From: the human T2T-CHM13v2.0 reference genome, Homo sapiens
DNA length: 64,000 nucleotides
Assembly: GCF_009914755.1 (NCBI RefSeq)
Contig: NC_060937.1
Strand: one strand, 5' to 3'
The position numbers were made by a program, and so were the translations under genes. A model generated the notes under the pieces. That model saw only the letters and a list, made by a program, of their open reading frames with translations. It was not told the DNA's origin and did no database searches. Numbering within the stretch: position 1 is the stretch's first letter; every line of letters begins with the position of its first letter. Positions 53,201-64,000 of this stretch are shown piece by piece.

Positions 53201-56200
53201 CTTTGGAATCCATTCTATTTGAGTCCATTCCATACGAGTCCATTATATTTGGGTCCATTCCATTCCATTCCCTTCCATTCCTTTCCATTCTATTCTGTTC
53301 CATTCGAGTCCATTCCTTTCTAGTCCATACCACTCCATTCCATTCGAGTCCATTCCTTTTGAGTCCATTCCATTCCAGTCCAATCCATTCGAGTCCATTC
53401 CTTTCGAGTCCATTCCATTCCAATCCATTCTATTCGAGTCCATTTTATTCCATTCCATTCCATTTGATATCTTTCCATTACAATCCATTCCATTCTATTC
53501 CTTTCAATTCTATTCAATTCCATTCCATTCGATTCCATTCCATTCAATTCCGTTCCTTTGGAATCCATTCCATTCGAGTCCATTCCATTCCATTCCATTC
53601 AAAACCTTTCCATTACACACCATTGCATTCTATTCCTTTGTATTTTATTCAATTCCATTCCATTCGATTTGATTCCATTTGGTTCCATTCAATTAGATTC
53701 CATTCCATTCAAGTCCATTCCCTTCCATTCCGTTCCATTCGATTGCAATCCGTTCGTTTCCATTTTGTTCCAGTCCATTCCATTTGAGTCCATTCCATTC
53801 CAGTCCATTCCATTACATTCCATTCCATTCGATGCCATGCCATGCGATTCTATTCCATTCGAATACAATCCACTAGATTCCATTCCATTCCATTCCATTC
53901 CATTCCATTCCATTCCATTCCATTCCTCTCCATTCATTTCCAATCCATTCAATTCTACTGAATTCGAATCCATTCCATTCCATTGTGTTCCATCTGATTC
54001 CATTCCATCCTACTCCTTTCCAATCCATTCCATTCCATTCGTTTCCATTCAATTTGACTGCATTCCACTCCAGTTCATACCATTCGAGTCTATTCCATTC
54101 CATCCCATTCGAGCCCATTCCATTCCATTCCATTCCATTCCATTCCATTCGATACCTTTCCATTACGCTCCATTCCATTCTCTTCTTTTCGATTCCATTC
54201 AATTCCGTTCCATTCGATTCCATTCATTTCAACTCCATTCCATTCGAGTGCATTCCATTCCATACCATTACATTCCGTTCCGTTCGATTCCAATCCATTT
54301 CATCCCATTTTGTTCCAGTCCATTCCATTCGAGTCCATTGCATTCCAGTCCATTCCAGTCCATTCCACTCCATTCCATTCTATTACATTGCATTCTATTC
54401 CATTCCATTGCATTCCATTCCATTCCATTTGATTACATTCCATTCTATTCCTTTACTTTCAAATCAATTACATTGCAATCCATTACATTCAAGTCAGTCC
54501 TATTCCAGTCCATTCCATTCCTGTCCCTTCCATTCGATTCTATTCCATTTGATTCCATTACATACTATTGCATTCCATTTGATTAAATTGCATACGAATA
54601 AATTCCATTCAAGACCAATCCTTTTGCATCCATTCTATTTGGGTCCATTCCATACGAGTCCATTACATTTGGGTCTATTCCATTCCATTCCATTCCATTC
54701 GAGTCTATTCCTTTAGAGTCCATTCCATTCCATTCGAGTCCATTCCATTCTATTCTATTCCACTCAATTCCATTCCATTCGATTCCATTCCATTTGATTC
54801 CATTCCACTCGATTCCACTCTGTTCCATTCCATTGCATTCCATTCCACTCCATTCCATTGCATTCCATTCCACTTCATTCCATTTTATTCCATTCCATTC
54901 CATTGCATTCCATTCCACTCCATTCCATTTCATTCCATTCCATTCCATTTGCTTACGTTCCATTCGATTCCTTTCCATTCAAATCAATTATATTGCAATC
55001 CATGACATTCGAGTCCATTCTATTCCAGTCCATATCATTCCAGTCCATTCCATTCGATTCTATTCAATCGATTCCATTCCATACTATTGCATTCTATTCA
55101 ATTCCATTCTATTTGAATAAATTCCATTCGTGACCATTCCTTTCAAGTCCATTCTATTTGAGTCCATTCCATTGGAGTCCATTAAATTTGGGTCCATTCC
55201 ATTCCATTCCATTCCATTCCATTCGATGTCATTCTGTTAGTTTCTATACCATTCGAGTCCATTCCACTCCATTGCATTCCATTCCATTCCATTGCATTCC
55301 ATTCCATTCCATTCCATTCGATGCCATTCTGTTAGTTTCTATACCATTCGAGTCCATTCCACTCAATTGCATTCCATTCCATTCCATTCCATTCGATGAA
55401 ATTCCATTCGACTCTATTCTGTTTGACTCCACTCCATTCAATTCCATTCAATCCGACTCCATTCCATTCTATTCCCTTCTGATCCACTCCATTGCATTCC
55501 ATTCGTTTCAATTCCCTTCGAGTCCATTCAACACCAGTCCATTCCATTCAAATGCATTCCTTTCCAGTCCATTCCATTCGAGTCCATTCAATTCCATTCC
55601 ACTCCATTCCATTTGATATCTTTCCATTACACTCCATTCCATTCTATTCCTTTTGATTCAGTTCATTTCCATTCTATTAGATTCAATTCCATTCGATTCC
55701 ATTCCATTCGACTCCATTCCATTCTTGTCCATTCCATTGCTTTCTGTTCGATTCCAGTCAGTTCGATTCCATTTTGTACCAGTCCATTCCATTCGAATCC
55801 ATTCCATTCCAGTCCATTCCTATCGATACCATTCCATTCGATTCCATTCCATTTGATTCCATTCCACTCGATTACACTCCATTCCACTCCATTGTATTCC
55901 AATCTATTCCATTCCTTTTCATTCCTTACCATTCCATTTTATTACATTCCATTAGATTGCATTCGTTTCGAATCAATTACATTGCAGTCCATTACATTCG
56001 AGTCCGTTCTATTCCAGTCCATTCCATTCCGGTCCATTCCGTTTGATTCCTTTCCATCCGATTCCATTCCATACTATTGCATTCCATTCGATTAGAGTCT
56101 ATTCAAATAAAGTCTATTCGAGAAAATTCCTTTTAAGTTCATTCTATTTCACTCCATTCCATTTGAGTTCATTACATTTGGAATCTTCCATTCCATTCGA

Positions 56201-59200
56201 TACCATTCCATTCCATTCTTTTCCATTTGAGTCCATTCCATTCAGGTCCATTCCATTCCATTCACTTCCATTCCATTCCATTCCATGACATTCCATTCGA
56301 TTCTATTCCTTTCAACTCCATTCCATTCCATTCCGTTCCATCCGATTCCGTTCCATTGTATTCCATTCCAATCCATTCCATTCCATTCCATGCCATTCCA
56401 TTCCATTCCATTCCATTTGATTCCACTCCATTCCATTTTATTGCATTTCATTCTATTCCATTGCCATTCCATTCAATTCTACTCCATGTGAGTCCATTCC
56501 ATTCGAGTCCATTGCATTCCATTCCATTCGATTGCATTCCATATAATTCTGTTCCTTTCGACTCCATTCCAATCCGTTCTCTTCCTTCTGATTCCATTCC
56601 ATTCTTTTCCTTTCCATTCCAATCAATTCCGTTCTATTCGTTTCCTTTCCGTTCGAGACCATTTTCCTGCAGAGCATTCCATTCCAGTCCATTCCATTCG
56701 AGTCCATTCCTTTCCATTCCATTCCATTCTATATCTTGCCATTACACTCCCTTCCGTTCCATTCCATTTGATGTCATTCCATTCTATTCTATTCCATTTG
56801 AGTTCATTCCTTTCGAGTCCATTCCATTCCACTCCGTTTGATGCCACTCCTTTTAACTCCTCTCCATTCGTCTCCATTCCATTCCATTTAGTTCCATCCG
56901 ATTCCATTCCATTCTATTCCTTTCCATTCCATTCTTTTCCCTTCCATTCGAGTCCATTCCACTGCAGTCCATTTCTTTCGAGTCCATTCCATTCCATTCT
57001 ATTCCATTCGTGTCCATTCCATTGCATTCGATATCTTTCCGTTAAACTCCATTAAATTCTATCCTTTCGATTCCATTCAATTCAATTCCATTTGATTCCA
57101 TTCCATTGAATTCCCTTCCATTCGACTGCATTCCATTGGAGGCCAGTGCATTCCATTACACTTGATTCCATTCCGTTCGATTCCATTTTTTTCCAGTCCA
57201 TTCCTTTCAAGTCCATTCCATTCCAGTCTATTCCAATCGATTCCAAGCCTTTCGATTCCATTCCATTCGATTCCATTCCACTCGATTTCACTCCATTCCA
57301 TTCCATTGCATTCCATTCTATACCATTCCTTTGCATTCCATTCCATTCCATTTGATTACGTTCCATTCAATTCCATTCCATTCGAATCAATTATATTGTA
57401 ATGCAAGGTATTCAAGTCTGTTTTATTCCAGTCCATTCCATTACGGTCCATTCCATTCGATTCCATTCCATATTATTGCAATCCATTCGATTCCATTCTA
57501 TTCGAATAAATTCCATTCGAAACCATTCCTTTCGAGTCCATTATATTTGAGTCCATTCTATTTGAGTCCATTACATTTGGGTCCATGCCATTCCATTCCA
57601 TTCCTTTCAATGCCATACAATTCGATTCTATTCCATTCGAGGACATTGCATTCGAGTCCAATTAATTTCAATCCATTCTATTCCATTCCATTCCATTCGA
57701 TGCCATTCCAATTGATTGTATGCCATTCGACTCCATTCCATTGCATTCCATTCCATTCGATGCTGTTCCAATTGATTGTATTCCATTCGACTCCAATCCA
57801 TTCCATTCCATCAGATTCTATTCCATTCTATTCTTTTCTGTTCCATTCCATACCATGCCATTCGTTTCCATTACATTCGAGTCCATTCCACTCCAGGCCA
57901 TTACATTCGAGTCCATTCCATTCCAGTCCATTCCATCCGAGTCCATTCCATTCCATTCCATTCAATATCTTTCCATTAAACTCCATTGCATTCTATTCAT
58001 TTTGATTCCATTCAATTCCATTCCATTCGTTTCCTTTGCTTTTGATTCCATTCCATTTTACTCCATTGCATTCGAGTCCATTCCATTCCATTCCATTCCA
58101 CTCCATTCCACTCCATTCCATTCAGTTCCATTCTATTCCAATCCGTTTGATTCCATTTCTTCCAGTCCATTCCATTCGTGTCCATTCTATTCCAGTCCAT
58201 TCGATTCAATTCCATTCCATTTGATTCCATTCCACTCGATTGCACTCTGTTCCATTCCATTGCATTCCATTCCATTCCATTAAATTGCAAACCGTTCCAT
58301 TCCATTTGGTTACATTCCATTCGATTCAATTCCATTTGAATCATTTGCTTTGCAATCCATTACATTCGAGTCTGTTCTATTCCAGTCCATTCCATTCCGG
58401 TCCATTCCATTCGATTACATTCCTTTCGATTTCATTACCTACTATTGCATTCCATTCGATTCCATTCTATTTTAATAAATTCAATTCGAATCCATTCCTT
58501 TCAAGTCCATTCTATTTGAGTCCATTCCAGTCAAGTCCATTACATTTGGGTAAATTCCATTGCATTACATTGCATTCCATTCAAAGCCATTCCATTTGAT
58601 TCTATCCCATTCGAGTCCACTCCATTCGAGTCCTTTCCATTCCATTCCATTCCATTCCATTCCATTCCATTCCATTCCATTCCATTCCATTCAATGTCAT
58701 TCTATTCGATTCTATTCCATTCAACTCCATTCCATTCCATTCAGTTCCATCCGATTAAATTTCATTGTATTCCTTTCTATTCCATTCCATTCTATTCAAT
58801 TCGTTTCCTTTCCATTCGTGTCCATTCCACTCCAATCCATTCCATTCGAGTCCATTCCATTCCTGGCCATTACATTTGAGTCCATTCCATTCCATTTGAC
58901 ATCTTTCCATTACACTCCCTTCCATTCCTTTCCATTCGATGCCATTCAATTCTATTCAATTCCATTCGAGTCCATTCCATTTAATTCCGTTCCATTCAAT
59001 GCCATTCCATTCGATTTTATTCCATTCGACTCCATTCGATTCCTTTCCATTCCATCCGATTCCTTCCATTCTTTTCCTTTAAATTCCATTCCATTAACTC
59101 CATTCCATTCGTTTCCATTTCATTCGAGAGCACTCTGCTGTAGTCCATTCCATTCCAGTCCATTCCATTCGAGTACATTCCACTCCAGTCCATTCCATTT

Positions 59201-62200
59201 GAGTCCATTCCATTCCAGTCCATTCCATTCAAGTTCATTCCATTCCATTCAATTCCATTCCATTTGACATTATTCCATTACTCTCCCTTCCATTCCATTC
59301 CATTCCATTCCATGCCATGCCATTCCGTTCTATTGTATTCTATTCAAGTGCATTCCATTCAAGTCCATTCCATTCCATTCCATTCCATTCTCTGATGCCA
59401 TTCCATTCGATTCTATTCCGTTTGACTCCATTTCATTTCATTTCATTCCATCTGATTCCATTCCATTCTATTCCTTTCCATTCTATTCCATTCCATTCCA
59501 TTCCTTTCCATTCCTTTCGAGTCCATTCCACTCCAGTTCATTCCATTCGAGTCCACTTCATTCCATTCCATTCCATTCGAATCTATTTCATTCCAGTCCA
59601 TTCTATTCGAGTCTATTCCACTCCTTTCCATTCCATTCGATATCTTTCCATTTCACTCCATTCTATTCTTTTCCTTTCGATTCCCTTCAATTCCATACCA
59701 TTCGGTTCCATTCTATTCGACTCCATTCCATTGACGTCCATTCTTTTCCATTCTATTCCATTCCAATCCATTTGATTCTGATCCGTTCGATTCCATTTTG
59801 TTCCAGTCCATTCCAATCGAGACCATTGAATTCCAGTCCATTGCATTCGATTCCATTCCATTCCATTCCATTCCACTCCGTTCCATTCCATTTCATTCCA
59901 TTCTATTCCATTCCATTTGTTTACATTCCATTTGATTCCATTCCTTTCGAATCAAATACATTGCAATCCATTACATTCGAGTACTTTCTATTCCAGTCCA
60001 TTCCATTCCGGTAGATTCCATTCGATTCCATTCCATACTATTGCTTTCCATTCGATTCCATTCTATTTGAATAAATTCCATTTGAGACCATTCCTTTCGA
60101 GCCCATTCTATTTGAGTCGATTCCATTCGAGTCCATTACATTTGGGTCCATTCCATTCCATTCCATTCCATTCCATTCCATTCCACTCGATACCATTCCA
60201 TTCGATTCTATTCCATTCGAGTCCATTGCATTCGATTCTGTTTCATTTCATTCCATTCCATTTCATTCCATTCCATTCGATGCCATTCCATTTGATTCTA
60301 TACCATTCAACACCATTCCATTCCATTCCATCCGATTCCACTCCTTTCTATTCTTTTCCATTCCATTCCATTCGTTTCCATTCCATTCGTTTCCATTCCA
60401 TTCGAGTCCATTCCATTCGAGTCCATTCCATTCCAGTCAACTCCATCCGAGTCCTTTCCATTCCATTCCATTCGAAATCTTTACATTAAACTCCATTCTC
60501 TTCTATTCATTTTGATTCTATTAAATTCCATTCCATTCAATTCCATTCCATTTGACTTTATTCCATTCGAGTCCGTTCAATTCCATTACATTCCGTTCCA
60601 CTCGATTCCAATCCGTTCTTTTCCATTTTGTTCCAGTCCAATCCATTACAGTCCATTCCATTCCAGTCCATTACATTTGATTCCATTCCATTTGATTCCA
60701 TTCAATTCGATCCCATTCCACTCGATTCCACTCTATTCCATTCTATTGCATTGCATTTTATTCCATTCCATTGCATTCCATTCCATTCCACTTGGCTACA
60801 TTCCATTGGATTCCATTCCATTCGAATCAATTACATTGCAATCCGTTCCATTCAAGTCCGTTCTATTCCAGTCCATTCCAGTCCGGTCCATTCCATTCGA
60901 TTCCATTCCATACTATTGCATTCCATTTGATTCCATTCTATTCTAATAAATTCCATTCGAGACCATTCCTTTCGAGTCCTTTCTATTTGAGGCCATTCCA
61001 TTCGAGTCCATTACATTTGTGGCCATTCCATTCCATTACATTCAATTCGTTGCCATTGTATTCCATTCTATTCCATTTAAGTCCTTTCCATTCGAGTCCA
61101 TTCCATTCCATTCCATTCGATGACATTCAATTCGATTCTTTTCATTCCACTTGGTTCCATTTCATTCCATTCCATCGGATTCCTTTCCATTCTTCTCCTT
61201 TCCATTCCATTCCATTGCATTCCATCGGATTCCATTCCATTCTTTTCCATTCCATTCCATTCCATTGCATTCTATTCCATTTTTTTCCATTCCATTTGAG
61301 TCCATTCCACTCCAATCCATTCCCTTCGCGTCCATTCCATTCCAATCCATTCCATCAAGTGCATTCCATTCCATTCGATATCTTTCAATTACAATCCATT
61401 CCATTCTATTCCTTTCTATTCCGTTCATTTCCTTTCTATTACATTCCATTCGATTCCATTCCATTCGACTCCACTGAAATCAAGTCCATTCCATTCCATT
61501 CCGTTCTGTTCGATTCAAATCTGTTCGATTCCATTTTGTTCCAGTCCATTCCATTCGAAGCCATTCCATTCCAGTCCATTCCATTCGATTCCATTCCACT
61601 TGATTCCACTCCGTTCCATTCCATTGCATTGCATTCCATTCTATTCCATTCCATTGCATTCCATTCCATTCCATTTGATTCCATTACATTCGATTCCATT
61701 CCATTTGAATCAATTAGATTGCAATCCATTACTTTCTAGTCCATTCTATTCCAGTCCATTCCATTCCATTCCATTCCATTCGATTCCATTCTATTCCATA
61801 CTATTGCATTGCATTCGATTCCATTCTATTCAAATAAATTCCATTTGAGTCCATTCCTTTCGAATCCATTCTTATTGAATCCATTCCATTCAAGTCCATT
61901 ACATTTGTGTCCATTCCATTCCACTCCATTCCATTCCATTCAATGCCATTCCATTTGATTCTATTCCATTCAATTCCACTCCATTCGAGTCCTTTCCATT
62001 CCATTCCATTCCACTGGATGCCATTCAGTTCGATTATATTCCATTCGACTCCATTCCATTCCATTCCACTCGATGCCATTCAGTTCGATTATATTCCATT
62101 CAATTCCATTCCATTCCATTCTGTTCCATCTGATTCCATTCCATTCTATTTCTTTCCATTCCACTCCATTCTATTCCATTCGTTTCCATTCCATTCGAAT

Positions 62201-64000
62201 CCATTCCACTCCAATCCATTCCATTCGACTCCATTCCATTCCAGGCCATTCCATTCGAGTCCATTCCATTCAAATCCATTCCACTCGAATCCATTCCATT
62301 CGACTCCATTCCATTCCAGGCCATTCCATTCGAGTCCATTACATTCCATTTGATATCTTTCGATTATGCTCTATTCCATTCTATACCTTTCGATTCCATT
62401 AAATTCCATTAAATTCAATGCCATTCCATTCGTTTCCATTCCATTTGAATCCATTCCCTTCGAGTCCATTCCATTCCATTCCATTCCATTAAATTCCATT
62501 ACGTTCTATCTCAGTCCTTTTGATTCCATTTTGTTCCAGTCCATTCCACTCGATTCCATTCCATTGCATTCAATTCCTTTCCATTCGATTCCATTCCTGT
62601 CATTTCCACTCCATTCCATTCCATTGAATTGCATTATATTCCATTCCATTGCATTCCATTACATTCCATTTGATTACATTCCATTCGAATCCATTCCATT
62701 AGAATAAATTACTTTCCAATCCATTACATTTGAGTCCGTTCTATTCCATTCCATTCCATTCCGTTCCCTTCCATTCGATTTCATTCCTTAATATTGCCTT
62801 CCTTTCTATTCCATTCTAATCGAGTAAATTTTTTTCGAGAACATTCTTTCGTGTCCATTCTATTTGAGTACATTCCATTAGAGTCCATTACATTTGGGTC
62901 GATTCCATTCCATTCCATTCGATACCGTTCCATTGTATTCTATTCCATACGAGTCCATTCAATTCGAGTTGATTCCATTCCATTCCATGCCATTCACTTC
63001 CACTTGATGCCATTCCATTTGATTATATTCCATTTGACTCCATTCCATTCCATTCCATCCAATTCCATTCCTTTAAATTCCTTTGCATTCCATTCCGTTC
63101 CATTCCATTCCTTTCCATTCGTTTCCATTACATATGAGTCCATTCCACTCCAATCCATTCCATTCATGTCCATTCCATTCCAGTCCATTCCATTCGTGTC
63201 CATTACATTCCATTACATTCCATTCGATATCTTTCCATTACAATCCATTCCATTATATTCCCTTCAATTCCATTGAATTCCATTCTATTCGATTCCACTA
63301 CATTTGATTCCATTCCATTCGACTCCAATCCATTCGAGTCCATTCCATACCATTCTATTTCATTCCATTCCGTTTGATTCCTATCCATTCAATTCCATTT
63401 TGTTCCAGTCCATTCCATTCGTGTCCATTCCATTCCATTCCATTCCAATCGATATCTTTCCATTACACACAATTCCACTATATTCTTTTCGATTCCATTC
63501 AATTCCATTACATTTGATTCCATTACATTCGATTCCATTTGATTCGATTCCATTGCACTCGATTCCACTACATTCCTTTCCATTGCATTCTATTCTATTC
63601 AATTCGATTGCCTTCCATTCCATTCCATTAAATTACATTCCATTCAATTGCATTCCATTAGAATCAATTACTTTGCAATCCATTACATTCGAGTCCATTC
63701 TATTCCAGTCCATTTCATTCCATTCCATTCCTTTCTATTCCATTCCACACAATTCCATTCCATTCGATTCCATAGTATTCGAATAAATTCCATGAAAGAC
63801 CATTCCTTTCTACTCCATTCTATTCCATTCCATTCGAGTACATTCTATTTGATTAGATTCCATTCGACTCCATTCCACTCGATTCCACTCTGTTCCATTT
63901 CATTGCATTCCATTCTGTTCCATTTGATTGCGTTCCATTCCATTCTATTTGCTTACATTCCATTCGATTCCATTCCATTTGAAACAATTATATTGCACTC
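50290..64000 (+). repeat. Satellite III (HSat3) array, diverged CATTC/GATTC/GAGTC type, Alu-free; runs off the window end
   Basis: (CATTC)n with frequent CATTCGAGTC, CCAGTC and CATTG; CACTC rare; recurring landmarks AATCAATTACATTGCAATCC, CATACTATTGC, GAATAAATTCC, GATATCTTTCC. Confidence 0.95.

Noticed and set aside
34614-63786. Hundreds of ORFs up to 524 aa (HSIPF... on +, MEWNG... on -)
   Set aside because: Direct translation of (CATTC)n/(GAATG)n, which has no stop codons; overlapping in all frames, with no domain content.
50290-64000. HSat2 assignment or canonical heat-shock elements
   Set aside because: The HSat2 hallmark CATTCGATGATG repeat is essentially absent, and I saw no repeated nGAAnnTTCnnGAAn arrays.

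Overview
Primate (most likely human) pericentromeric or acrocentric-short-arm DNA; the chromosome cannot be assigned by eye. I found no credible protein-coding gene. The ORF track is almost entirely translated satellite, simple repeat, Alu and L1 debris. Bases 1-34650 are AT-rich DNA of euchromatic origin, packed with old interspersed repeats (L1M, L2, MIR, MLT1, THE1B, MER34-family LTRs, MER20, MER30, Tigger2, Alus). This part also carries a ~1.1 kb (CATTT/CAT)n island and a CpG island built on a ~22-bp GCCGCGGCGGCGGGGGCAAAAA tandem repeat. From ~34651 to the end is uninterrupted (CATTC)n-type satellite III with the C-rich strand on +, in two distinct blocks. The first (~34651-50290) mixes CATTC and CACTC and is punctuated by 22 copies of one ~55-bp Alu 3'-end fragment. 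The copies share founder lesions, and their variants recur in a higher-order pattern (~0.55, ~2.06 and ~7.4 kb offsets). The second (~50290-64000) is Alu-free, rich in GAGTC/GATTC, and has a cryptic ~1 kb unit. The most interesting structure is the Alu-punctuated composite satellite, in which most inserts also form a ready-made splice acceptor. Whether it is undescribed needs a check against T2T satellite/composite annotations. Repeat family calls come from remembered consensus sequences, and coordinates of old elements are approximate.
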